The notes under the pieces were generated by a model. That model saw only the letters and a list, made by a program, of their open reading frames with translations. It ran no database searches and was not told the origin of the DNA. A stretch of 64,000 nucleotides of DNA from a virus (Duplodnaviria > Caudoviricetes), in the IMG/VR virus record IMGVR_UViG_3300021400_000252; one strand, written 5' to 3'. Shown here in pieces: positions 39,120 through 49,000 of this stretch (within the stretch, counting starts at the first letter, position 1; each line of letters opens with the position of its first letter). A program made the translations under genes and the position numbers.

Positions 39120-39408
39120 AAATGAAATCAAAGAAATTAAAGATGATATTAAAGTTACCAAAATTATGTTTGTAATTCTTTGTATAATTATTTTAATTAC
39201 ACTGATAACATTCTTAATTCTAAATAAGTGTGGCGTTGTTAATGATACTACATTAAATTATGTAAGTACCGGTGCATTGTGTGGACTTATTTTTGGCACA
39301 TCAAATGCATATACAGACATCCAAAATGATAATGAAAAGATCGCTGACATACAACAAAAAGAAATTGAAGAGTTAGAGAATAAATTAAGTGAAAAAGAAG
39401 GAGATTAG
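39112..39408 (+). CDS. membrane protein
   Basis: Long hydrophobic segment. Confidence 0.75.
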   Translation: MYKNEIKEIKDDIKVTKIMFVILCIIILITLITFLILNKCGVVNDTTLNYVSTGALCGLIFGTSNAYTDIQNDNEKIADIQQKEIEELENKLSEKEGD

Positions 39409-39409
39409 C

Positions 39410-40054
39410 ATGTTAAAAGTTAGAAATAGTGTATTTGAAACTAATTCAAGTTCATCACATGCTTTAGTTTATTCTCAAACTAACCAGAATAGAATTGAAT
39501 ATAAATTAGAAACTGATAATGGTGTTTTAACTATTCATTTTAGAGATTATGGTTGGTCAGGTCCTGAATCTTTTTATGGATTTGGTACTGATGATATATT
39601 AGCAAGTTCTAATGATAAGTTAGATTATGTCATGACTAGCTTATGTCGTCAGTTGAACTGGGGAGAAGAACACGATACTACTTATGATGAGGCTAAAGTA
39701 ATGATTGCTAATGGTGCTATTTATGAAAATGATGAAGCTAGAGCCTTATTAGAAAAAATTCAAGATTTATGTCCAGAAATTAAAGAAATTAAATTTGAAT
39801 TGAATGTAGATGAGTATGGAGATCCATTTGGAAGTATCGATCATGATAGTCAAGATTTATTAGATGATGAAGATTTAATTAAGGTTATATTTAATAAAGG
39901 ATGTTTGATAGTTATCGATAATGATAATTCAGATTATTATGATGCATTTAATCCAACATTAAAACCAGGACTAAATACTGGAGTGCAAGTATATGTTGGT
40001 AGTGACCATACTTGCTCAAAATATAATATCACAGAAGAGGATTTTGAAGAATAA
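39410..40054 (+). CDS. FETNSSS-motif protein, subtype A
   Basis: MLKVRNSVFETNSSSSHAL; DKLDY; IDHDS; IVIDND. Confidence 0.85.
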   Translation: MLKVRNSVFETNSSSSHALVYSQTNQNRIEYKLETDNGVLTIHFRDYGWSGPESFYGFGTDDILASSNDKLDYVMTSLCRQLNWGEEHDTTYDEAKVMIANGAIYENDEARALLEKIQDLCPEIKEIKFELNVDEYGDPFGSIDHDSQDLLDDEDLIKVIFNKGCLIVIDNDNSDYYDAFNPTLKPGLNTGVQVYVGSDHTCSKYNITEEDFEE

Positions 40055-40560
40055 TGAGTAAACAATATAATGATTATATTATAGAACATGTAGAAAATGT
40101 TAAAAAAGCTTTTAAGTTTTTAAAAGATAATAAGATTATTACAAGCAAAGACTGCAATTTAGCTGCAGCAGAGAAGCAAATAGCACAGCATGATATGTCT
40201 AAGTGGACTGATGCTGAATATGATGCATATGATAAATACTTTTATAGTGAAAAGACTCAAAAAGTTAAAGATGACTTTGATTTAGCTTGGTTGCATCACC
40301 AACATGCAAATCCACATCATTGGCAACATTGGGTCTTAGTTCAAGACGATAATGGTGATAAAGCTTTAGAAATGCCGAGAGAAACAGCAGTAGAAATGCT
40401 TTGTGATTGGATGAGTTTTTCGTTTAAGGTTGATAAGTTAGACGAAGTATTAAGCTGGTATGATAGCCATAAAAAGACTATGATTTTACATAAAGAAACA
40501 AAGAAATTTGTTGAAGAAGTTTTAGACAAGTATAAGAAAGTCATTAAGGAGAAAAAATAA
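40054..40560 (+). CDS. DUF5662-like HD-related metal-binding protein
   Basis: HDMSK...HHQHANPHHWQHW...EMLCDW. Confidence 0.8.
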   Translation: MSKQYNDYIIEHVENVKKAFKFLKDNKIITSKDCNLAAAEKQIAQHDMSKWTDAEYDAYDKYFYSEKTQKVKDDFDLAWLHHQHANPHHWQHWVLVQDDNGDKALEMPRETAVEMLCDWMSFSFKVDKLDEVLSWYDSHKKTMILHKETKKFVEEVLDKYKKVIKEKK

Positions 40561-41009
40561 TGTTACAAGTTAGAAAAAATACTTTTGAAACTAATAGTTC
40601 AAGTACTCATTCATTAATTATGTGTGAAGCTAGTGAATATAAGTTATTAGAAGACGAAGAAGCATTCTTAGTTGATGAGAAAGTAGTCTTAAAGGAAAAC
40701 TTATTTGATGCTTTAATCAATAATAGTGATTGGAATAAAGAAAAATGGGATAAGTATTGTACTGCATTAGGAAAAGATCCTGAAAGTCTTGAAGATCTAG
40801 TCGAGATGATTCAGCTTGATCCTAATGACTATTATGAAGAAGACGAAGATGAAGATGAGGATGCTAAACATAGACCATTTGATCGAAATGAAGTTTGTAC
40901 TTTAGATCAATTTTTAGATAACGAATATTTAGAAAGCTTTTCGCAAGAATACGAAACCAAATCCGGAGAAAAAATAATTGCTTTTGGTAATTATGGAGAA
41001 GAATATTAA
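40560..41009 (+). CDS. FETNSSS-motif protein, subtype B
   Basis: MLQVRKNTFETNSSSTHSLIMC...AFGNYG. Confidence 0.85.
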   Translation: MLQVRKNTFETNSSSTHSLIMCEASEYKLLEDEEAFLVDEKVVLKENLFDALINNSDWNKEKWDKYCTALGKDPESLEDLVEMIQLDPNDYYEEDEDEDEDAKHRPFDRNEVCTLDQFLDNEYLESFSQEYETKSGEKIIAFGNYGEEY

Positions 41010-41013
41010 AATT

Positions 41014-41035
41014 GAGGCTAAATAGCCTCTTTTTT
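41014..41035 (+). terminator. intrinsic terminator
   Basis: GAGGCTA-aa-TAGCCTC followed by T tract. Confidence 0.65.
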
Positions 41036-41067
41036 ATTGTATTTTATATTATAAAGAGGTGAAATAG

Positions 41068-41973
41068 ATGAAACCAATTGGAAAAGTAAAAAATGGTAAC
41101 TATTGGAAGGTGCTATTTGATGATGGAACTTTAATTAAATATAATAAAGAGAATGAACTAATTCCCGAGTATCCAGATTCAATGGATGTTAAGATAACTA
41201 ATAGTTGTGATATGGGCTGTCCAATGTGTCATGAAAATTCAAAACCAAATGATAAGCATGGAGATATAATGAATGCAAAGTTTATTGAAACTTTACTTCC
41301 TTATACAGAATTAGCAATTGGTGGTGGAAATCCACTTGAGCATCCAGATCTAGAAGCTTTCTTAGAAAAGTGCAAATCTTTAAAGTTAATTCCTAATATG
41401 ACAGTTAATCAAAAGCACTTTATGAAAGACTATGATAGGATCACAAAATTGGTCCAAAATAAGCTTATTTATGGTTTAGGTGTATCTTTAACCAACCCTG
41501 AGGAAAAAGGCTTTTTAGAGCGAATTAAAGCTATTCCAAACGCAGTTATTCATGTTATTAATGGTTATCATAAACTTGATGAAATTGAAAAGCTTTATGA
41601 TAATAATTTAAAGATGCTAATCTTAGGTTATAAGACTTTTAGGCGTGGCAAAGATTTATTTGAAGGAACTAATCATGATCTTATTTCTAATAGAATGAAA
41701 GATTGGCATGATGCTTTACCTGAAATTACAAAGCATTTTGCAGTAGTATCTTTTGATAATCTAGCTTTAAATCAATTAGATCCAAAAAGATTACTAACTG
41801 ATGAAGCTTGGAATCAATCATATATGGGCGAAGATGGACAAATGACTATGTTTATTGATTTAGTTAAGAATACTTATTCAACTTCTTCAACGACTCCAGA
41901 AGAAGAGAGAAAACCATTATTAGAGGACATCAAGCCAATGTTTGATGATATTAGAAAGATAAATGGTAATTAA
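41068..41973 (+). CDS. radical SAM enzyme
   Basis: ITNSCDMGCPMCHE (CxxxCxxC), AIGGGNP; no C-terminal SPASM cysteines. Confidence 0.92.
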   Translation: MKPIGKVKNGNYWKVLFDDGTLIKYNKENELIPEYPDSMDVKITNSCDMGCPMCHENSKPNDKHGDIMNAKFIETLLPYTELAIGGGNPLEHPDLEAFLEKCKSLKLIPNMTVNQKHFMKDYDRITKLVQNKLIYGLGVSLTNPEEKGFLERIKAIPNAVIHVINGYHKLDEIEKLYDNNLKMLILGYKTFRRGKDLFEGTNHDLISNRMKDWHDALPEITKHFAVVSFDNLALNQLDPKRLLTDEAWNQSYMGEDGQMTMFIDLVKNTYSTSSTTPEEERKPLLEDIKPMFDDIRKINGN

Positions 41974-41974
41974 T

Positions 41975-42196
41975 ATGAAAAAAGATATCGAAGGAAAAGA
42001 AATTCATGTTGGTGATAAAGTGGTTTTTACACATAATAAATCACAAGGTGTTCAGCTTTTTATCGGAATTGTATTAAAAGAAGATGAAACTAAAATTGGT
42101 AAACCACTAATTATATCATACTATTCTAAGTATGGATCAGAAAATACTGTATATATCACAAGTCCTAGTAAAAGTATTTATGTAATTAAGGAGTAA
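41975..42196 (+). CDS. small SH3-like/YopX-like protein
   Basis: KDIEGKEIHVGDKV. Confidence 0.65.
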   Translation: MKKDIEGKEIHVGDKVVFTHNKSQGVQLFIGIVLKEDETKIGKPLIISYYSKYGSENTVYITSPSKSIYVIKE

Positions 42197-42199
42197 TTT

Positions 42200-42673
42200 A
42201 TGGAAGAAAAAGTAATTGGATTTTGGCAAGAAAGAGAAAAATATGGCTGTTTTAGTAATTTCTATCCATGTGAATTTACTTGGGAAGGTAGAAAATTTAA
42301 TTGTTCTGAACAAGCTTTCATGTGGTCAAAAGCTAGATGCTTTCATGATGATGAAACAGCTAATCAAATAATGTTAGAAACTGATCCTAAAAAGATTAAG
42401 AAATTAGGAAGACAAGTTAAAGGCTTTGATGAAGAATTTTGGGCTGAAGTACGCTATAAAAATATGCTTTCAATTAATCATGAAAAGTATAGACAAAACC
42501 CTGAACTAAGAAAAATATTAATGAGTACAGGTGATACTAAGATAGTAGAAGATTCACCATTTGACTATGTTTGGGGAATTGGTAGAGATGGAAGTGGTCA
42601 AAATTTATTAGGACAAGTTTTAATGAGTGTTAGACAATATTATAAAGATATTATGAAAGAAGCTAGTCAATAA
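42200..42673 (+). CDS. NADAR-family (YbiA-like) protein
   Basis: FSNFY, SEQAFM..KA, KKLGR, VEDSPFDYVWGIG..G.GQNLLG..LM.VR. Confidence 0.93.
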   Translation: MEEKVIGFWQEREKYGCFSNFYPCEFTWEGRKFNCSEQAFMWSKARCFHDDETANQIMLETDPKKIKKLGRQVKGFDEEFWAEVRYKNMLSINHEKYRQNPELRKILMSTGDTKIVEDSPFDYVWGIGRDGSGQNLLGQVLMSVRQYYKDIMKEASQ

Positions 42674-43020
42674 TGAAGTTAATTGTAGCAGGCTCTAGAG
42701 AATTTAATAATTATGATTTATTAAAGAAAAGTATCCAAGAAAACTTTCAAAGATATGAAGTAGAAGAAATAGTTTCCGGAACAGCTAGAGGTGCAGATAC
42801 TTTAGGTGAACAATTTGCGATAGAATATTCTATTCCAATTAAAAAATTTCCAGCTAATTGGGACTTATATGGTAAATCTGCAGGTTATAGGCGTAATGTC
42901 GAAATGGCAGATTACGCAGATGCTTTAATTGCATTTTGGGATGGAAAATCTAAAGGCACTGGACATATGATTAATATCGCAAAAGATAAGAATTTAAGAG
43001 TTATTGTAGTTAATTTTTAG
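42673..43020 (+). CDS. SLOG-family (YspA-like/DUF2493) protein
   Basis: IVAGSREF, VSGTARGAD, AGYRRN, FWDGKSKGT. Confidence 0.92.
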   Translation: MKLIVAGSREFNNYDLLKKSIQENFQRYEVEEIVSGTARGADTLGEQFAIEYSIPIKKFPANWDLYGKSAGYRRNVEMADYADALIAFWDGKSKGTGHMINIAKDKNLRVIVVNF

Positions 43021-43090
43021 CACCAAACATTTTGGTGCTTTTATTGTATATTATATTATATAGTATTTTTAGTTTTAAGGAGATGATATT

Positions 43091-43879
43091 TTGTCACTAG
43101 TAATTGCTATTAAAGATAAAAACAGATTTATTCTAGGAGCTGATAAGCAAGTATCACAATGGAATAATAAAGACCATTCTGCAACAAAAGTATGGTATTC
43201 AGAATATGAAGGTTGTTGTATTGGTTCTGTAGGCTATGCAAGAGCTTCTCAAATAATTCAATATATAAAAGGACTATTAGATGGTGCAGGATTTGGAAAA
43301 GAAAATTTAGATGATGCATTCATCCATTTACAACTTCCTAGAACTCTTTATGAAACATTAAAAGCACATGGTATTATTGTAGATGATCCAACACAACCAT
43401 TTAGTTTACCAAATGAATTCTTTATTGCATATAAAGATAAGTGTTGGAAGATTAGTCAAGATTTAACAGTCACTGAGATTGAAGATTATGATGCTATAGG
43501 TTCAGGTCAAGATGTTGCATTAGGTGTTATTGAAACATCGCATATGTATAATGAAAAGAATCCATATAGAATTATTACAAATGCTATTGATGTAGCAGCA
43601 GAAAAAACTCTATATGTTGACCATGAGATAGAATTTGTTGAAACGATTTCAGATAAAAAAGATGTTATTAATAAGATGACTGCTTTAGGATATGATATTC
43701 CGGATGAAGTAAAGAAATCTAAGAATCCAAACGAAGCATTAGCTAAATGGGCATTAGGTATCAATCAAGAACCTAAAGTTGAAGAAGAACAAAAGGTTGA
43801 AGAACCTAAACCAAAAGAAGAATATAAAAAAGAAAAGACTAAAAACAAAAAAGAAAAACTAGTAGAGAAAAAGGACTAA
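43091..43879 (+). CDS. proteasome beta/HslV-like Ntn hydrolase
   Basis: After Met removal: Ser1, Asp17, Lys32, YDAIGSG. Confidence 0.75.
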   Translation: MSLVIAIKDKNRFILGADKQVSQWNNKDHSATKVWYSEYEGCCIGSVGYARASQIIQYIKGLLDGAGFGKENLDDAFIHLQLPRTLYETLKAHGIIVDDPTQPFSLPNEFFIAYKDKCWKISQDLTVTEIEDYDAIGSGQDVALGVIETSHMYNEKNPYRIITNAIDVAAEKTLYVDHEIEFVETISDKKDVINKMTALGYDIPDEVKKSKNPNEALAKWALGINQEPKVEEEQKVEEPKPKEEYKKEKTKNKKEKLVEKKD

Positions 43880-43969
43880 TTAGTCCTTTTTCTTTTTATT
43901 TTAGTTTTTAATTACTTTTTAATTGCTAAATTACTTGTATTAAAATTTATTAATAGGAGGTTTTTTATC

Positions 43970-45046
43970 GTGTCAAGCACAACAACAAGATTAGGCTTAA
44001 CATTAATCGATAAAGAACATCTTAATTTAGAAAGATTTGTAGATTTTATAATCAATTTAGCCGGTGAAAACGCTGGTAGTTCACTAGATCCATTATCTTC
44101 ACTACAAAAGATAGATGAATTTGCACAGGAAGTGGACGAACGATTCGAAAGTTTTTCAAATCTTCATTTTGAGATCGTTCAATCATTAAGTGATGTTACA
44201 GAACAAAATATAATATATCTAATAGATAAACGAATTATTGACGACCCAAATTACAATCCTCAACAAGTATCTGAATCTGAGGTTGAACAAACTTCAACTA
44301 GTGCTAATGCATTTTATGAATATATAGTAGTAAATGATGCACCAGAGCAAATTGGTTCAACAGAAATTCCTAAAGAACTTTTTGAAGATATCGAACAGAG
44401 ATTAGCAGAAGTAGAAAATTATATCGAGCTTTATGAAAATAAATTAGCTCAATTAGAAACAAAATCACAAAATTTAGATGATATTGTTAGTCTATTAGCT
44501 TCAGATTTAGGACTTAATTCAGAAACAGAAAAAGAATATCCTACAGAAGAGGTACAAGTTCCAACTTATCAAAAGATACAAACACATAATGATTTATTAA
44601 AAATAATTAGTAATGATCTAGGATTAGATGATTTGGCAGACGGATCTTACCCAACAGAAGAAGTTCGAAAAACAACTAGAGAACTTGCTGAGGAAAAAGG
44701 TTCAGGACCTAGTTCTGAAGATGAAACACAAAATCAAGAAATAAATAATTTAAAAGAAACAATAAATGCATTAAAGAATCATTTAAATTATCTATATTCA
44801 TTACATAATTCAGATCCAAATTGGAATGTTTATGTAGAAGATTCTAGTGGAAATAAAGAAACAGTTGGAATCTCAATAGAAGAAAATACTCAAGAAGCAA
44901 TTATTACTGAGGATGAGAATGGAAATCAAGAACAACTTATTTTAGTTGATGAAGATGGCCAAACAAATGAAATTAGTGCTAATATTGAAGAATCATTTAT
45001 TGAAAATTATATTATAGAATATGACCGTGAAGAGGAGAATAAATAA
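43970..45046 (+). CDS. acidic coiled-coil late (probable virion) protein
   Basis: TGCTAAATT at 43924; TTRLGL N-terminus; internal repeat SDLGL..YPTEEV. Confidence 0.75.
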   Translation: MSSTTTRLGLTLIDKEHLNLERFVDFIINLAGENAGSSLDPLSSLQKIDEFAQEVDERFESFSNLHFEIVQSLSDVTEQNIIYLIDKRIIDDPNYNPQQVSESEVEQTSTSANAFYEYIVVNDAPEQIGSTEIPKELFEDIEQRLAEVENYIELYENKLAQLETKSQNLDDIVSLLASDLGLNSETEKEYPTEEVQVPTYQKIQTHNDLLKIISNDLGLDDLADGSYPTEEVRKTTRELAEEKGSGPSSEDETQNQEINNLKETINALKNHLNYLYSLHNSDPNWNVYVEDSSGNKETVGISIEENTQEAIITEDENGNQEQLILVDEDGQTNEISANIEESFIENYIIEYDREEENK

Positions 45047-45047
45047 C

Positions 45048-46358
45048 ATGGCAAAAAATGGTACACTAAAAAATTTAACTGGTGAAATTGTTTATCCAAA
45101 AACAACATCAAATCAAGTTACATACACAAGAAATGGAAAAGAATCAACAGTACAACAAACTCTTAACGAGTTAATTGATGGATCATATGTTCCAGGTGAA
45201 GGTGGAGAACCAATTGGAGTTTTAACATTAGCACAAGAAGCTTATAATCTAGCTAGTGAATCTTATAGTAAAGCAGATGATTCTTATAATAGAGCTGACG
45301 AAGCTTATAATTATGCAGATGAAATTAATAATAGTGTTAATAGTGTTGTAAGCTATACTTGGAATGGGTATGATCATGGTTTAGATCAAAACTATGTTGG
45401 GCTTGAAGGTGCTTACTCTGTAGCTAGTGAAGCATACTCATATGCAAAACAAGCATATAGCATGGGTAGTGAAATGTATCATTATCAGTATTATGATAAA
45501 TTTACTCGAACTTATTACGATGGTCTTAGTGGAGCATATACTCTTGCAACTAACATTTATAATAATATTATTAGATCAAAACTTTATAATGTAGATGAGT
45601 TAATGGAAGCATTTGATGGTTCATATAAAAATGCTACAATTCATACTTATAACAGTTATGCTGATTGTTATAGTGATACAACGACTTTCTATGGTGCAAA
45701 TGATTTATATAGTGCAGTACAAGCATTAGATAGTCTAGCTTATGAGGCTTATTCAAAAGCTCTCACAGCATCAAATGGAATTACAGAGCTTAATGATCCA
45801 TATAATGGTGCAACAGTGGCTATCTATAACCCAGATGAAGAAAGATATAGTGGTAACGAGACTTTCTATGGTACTTCACAAGTTTATTCAGCTATTCAAG
45901 CTACAGCAAACTTAGCTTATGATGCTTATAACCAAGCAGCAACTTACGGTTGGAACAGTGATAATGGTGACTACCCATCACTTGATGGATTCTATTATGG
46001 TGTAAGCGGTGCATACTCTGTAGCTGAAACATCTTATTCTTATGCCGTACAACTAGCTAGAGTACTATTTGGTGATGATGTATCTGGAGATTATTGGTAT
46101 GATAAAGCAAGCGGTACAGATTCAGACGGATACCAAGTTTCAGGTATAGAAGGTGCTTATCGAGTTGCTGAAGGTGCTTTCAATTATGCACAAATCATTA
46201 GAAATGAGGTTAGTGATATTTTCAACGTATCTGGACCTCAATACAACGAACCAACATCTCTAAGTACAAATGGTATCTATGCATTAAGAGCTAGAGTAGA
46301 TCAAGGCAGAGTGACTTTATACTGGGAAAAAGTTGAAGACATTACTAACAATAATTAA
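45048..46358 (+). CDS. Tyr/Ala-repeat fibre-like protein
   Basis: VYPKT N-terminus; repeated GxxGAYxxAxxAYxYA. Confidence 0.7.
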   Translation: MAKNGTLKNLTGEIVYPKTTSNQVTYTRNGKESTVQQTLNELIDGSYVPGEGGEPIGVLTLAQEAYNLASESYSKADDSYNRADEAYNYADEINNSVNSVVSYTWNGYDHGLDQNYVGLEGAYSVASEAYSYAKQAYSMGSEMYHYQYYDKFTRTYYDGLSGAYTLATNIYNNIIRSKLYNVDELMEAFDGSYKNATIHTYNSYADCYSDTTTFYGANDLYSAVQALDSLAYEAYSKALTASNGITELNDPYNGATVAIYNPDEERYSGNETFYGTSQVYSAIQATANLAYDAYNQAATYGWNSDNGDYPSLDGFYYGVSGAYSVAETSYSYAVQLARVLFGDDVSGDYWYDKASGTDSDGYQVSGIEGAYRVAEGAFNYAQIIRNEVSDIFNVSGPQYNEPTSLSTNGIYALRARVDQGRVTLYWEKVEDITNNN

Positions 46359-46467
46359 AAATTTATTATAAGATAAAAATAAAAAGATGAGTTTAAAAGC
46401 TCATCTTTTTATTTTACTGATATTTTGTATATTATATAGATATATACTATAGATTGTGAGAAGATAT

Positions 46468-47466
46468 ATGTTATTACAATTAATCGTAATTCATTATGAC
46501 GAAGATGAGTCATATATTAAAAATTTATTAAATGTTTTAAAATTACAACAATGGTTTGATTTTAGAGATTTAGAAGTTTTAATCGAAAATGATGGAGATA
46601 AAGTTGTTTATGATAAATCACTTTTTGAAAATTATCCATTTAAAATTAGATATCATGTAAATGAGTGGAGTGGACGAAGTGGAGTTAGACAACATGGATT
46701 AAATCGTGCAACAGCTGATTATGTAATGTTTTGTGACTGTGATGATACATTTTTACGTTTTGATGCCTTGGCCACAATTAAACATGCATTAATAAAAGAA
46801 AAACCTGACGTATTATTTACTATATTTAAAACTAACTTTGTAGATGATAATGGATTAACAAAGGGATTTAGAGATTATTATAATGAGAATGTTTGGATCC
46901 ATGGAAAATGTTTTAGAACAAAATTTCTAAAAGATAATGATATTAGTTGGAATAAATCATTAAATAACTTTGAAGATGCTTATTTTGTTCGACTAGTTGA
47001 TGCATTTAGACCGAAGAAATTTGGAATTAATTTAGACCTATATGCATGGAAGTATCGTGCTACAAGTAGTACTCGTGGAGATGGTAAAACTGAAATGTTA
47101 GACTATCTAAATTGTTTAAATTCTCAAAGAGAAGCAATTAAAGCATACATTGAATTAGATAAATTAAAAGATGCTGGCGTTAAATTATTTATAACTATGT
47201 ATGAAGTTTATTTCTTAATAACTTCAATCGATTCAAATATAGATTTAGTTCGAGAATATACTGCACATAGAGAACAAGTTGAAAAAGAGTTTATTGAATT
47301 ATACGAAAAATATAAACAATATTTAGATTATGTTTCTCCAAGACTTGCTTCTACGTTATATACAGCATTAGTAAAGAGATTCTTTGAAGAAAAACAAGTG
47401 TATTTAGTTCCAAAAGATACATTAGAACAATTTATTGAAAATTTAAAACAAAAGTATTTAAAATAA
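46468..47466 (+). CDS. GT2 glycosyltransferase
   Basis: ENDG, YVMFCDCDD, HGK, FED. Confidence 0.9.
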   Translation: MLLQLIVIHYDEDESYIKNLLNVLKLQQWFDFRDLEVLIENDGDKVVYDKSLFENYPFKIRYHVNEWSGRSGVRQHGLNRATADYVMFCDCDDTFLRFDALATIKHALIKEKPDVLFTIFKTNFVDDNGLTKGFRDYYNENVWIHGKCFRTKFLKDNDISWNKSLNNFEDAYFVRLVDAFRPKKFGINLDLYAWKYRATSSTRGDGKTEMLDYLNCLNSQREAIKAYIELDKLKDAGVKLFITMYEVYFLITSIDSNIDLVREYTAHREQVEKEFIELYEKYKQYLDYVSPRLASTLYTALVKRFFEEKQVYLVPKDTLEQFIENLKQKYLK

Positions 47467-47479
47467 TATGGAGTGAGAA

Positions 47480-48460
47480 ATGTTATTACAATTAATAGTT
47501 ACTCATTATAAAGAACATCCTGGATATGTTGAAAGATTTTTAGATAGTGTAAAAGTTCAAGATTATATTGATAAAAACGATTTTGAAGTATTATTAATCA
47601 ACGATGGAAATGAAAAATTAATTAGTGAAAATCTATTATCTAAATATGATTTTAAAATAAAGTATTTAGTTAAAGATTGGTCTGGATTATCAGACTCTAG
47701 ACAATTTGGAATGGATCATGCTACTGCTGATTATATCATGTTCTGCGACTGTGATGATCTGTTCTCAAGGATAGATTCATTATATAAAATCTTAGAATGT
47801 ATTAAGAAAACTAATGCAGATTTTATTATTGGTAGTAGATTTCAAGATGTAAAAGGAAAAGTAGAAATGCTTCAAGCAAAATCTTTGATCGGAAGTTATG
47901 AAATACATGGAAAAGTATATAAACGTGCATTTTTACTTGAAAAGAATATTAAATGGAATAAAGATATTATTATTTGGAATGAAGATTTTTATTTTAATAA
48001 TCTCGTTCTTTGTGAAAAACCGAAGATTAGTTTAATTGATGACGCAATATACATTTATAAATATAGACCTGATTCAATTACAGATTTTAAAAAGAATAAT
48101 TCAATTGAAAAACAATTAGAGATTCGTTTATCACTAATTCAAGCTTATATATTAACATTAAAAGAATTAAAACTTAGAAATAATAAAGAATATTTTAAAA
48201 CAAAGTTAATTGACCTTTTATTTCAATGTTTTGATGTTGAAAAACGATTTAATATTAAAAACCTTGATCAATGGCAAACAATTCGTTCAGAGTTTTCAGA
48301 AGATTTTAAATTAATTAATTATAAAGATCTTATAAATCGTTTAACTTCAACTCCATTAAATCGACCAATTATTAATGATTTAATATTAGTTCAAACGCTT
48401 CCAGATTGGTTAGCTTCAAAACAAATAACTATAAATTTAAAAGAGGTAAAAAATGTTTAA
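47480..48460 (+). CDS. GT2 glycosyltransferase (tandem paralogue)
   Basis: INDG, YIMFCDCDD, HGK, NED. Confidence 0.9.
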   Translation: MLLQLIVTHYKEHPGYVERFLDSVKVQDYIDKNDFEVLLINDGNEKLISENLLSKYDFKIKYLVKDWSGLSDSRQFGMDHATADYIMFCDCDDLFSRIDSLYKILECIKKTNADFIIGSRFQDVKGKVEMLQAKSLIGSYEIHGKVYKRAFLLEKNIKWNKDIIIWNEDFYFNNLVLCEKPKISLIDDAIYIYKYRPDSITDFKKNNSIEKQLEIRLSLIQAYILTLKELKLRNNKEYFKTKLIDLLFQCFDVEKRFNIKNLDQWQTIRSEFSEDFKLINYKDLINRLTSTPLNRPIINDLILVQTLPDWLASKQITINLKEVKNV

Positions 48461-48971
48461 TCAAAATTTGTACACAAATAAACTAGACTTAAGTTTAGCA
48501 TCTAAAAATAAAGAAGTATGTCTTTCTAAAGTTTATAGTAAATTCATGTTTAATAAACCATTAGATAGACTTCAAAATCTAGGGTTATATATTTATCCAG
48601 ATGGAAGAATGGTCGACACATTATCTCATGATGAGATTGATAAATTTTTAATCTCAAGTGGAGATATTAAACTTAATGGAGACTTCCAAGAAGTTAAAGA
48701 AGGAAGTCAATTCATGGATTTATGTAATTGTGTTCGTGTTAGATGTGATATAGGATTAACTATGGGTTGGATTATGCTTCCATGTGAAGAACTAACAAAT
48801 GAACAATATGAAAAGATTAGTATAATAATCGATGTGATGCTTTCATCAAATATAAATTTATATGTTTTCACACTCGACCAAACATGAGATAAAACATATT
48901 CTAAGTCATATTATGACTTTTCAGATGATGTATTAAAAGATATTAAGAGATATTATAAAACGCAAAAATAG
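48453..48971 (+). CDS. hypothetical protein (TGA at 48885 read through)
   Basis: Frame continues 27 codons past TGA to TAG, filling the gap to the next RBS. Confidence 0.7.
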
Positions 48972-49000
48972 ATATATCAGGCGCTTTATAGGAGAATTTT

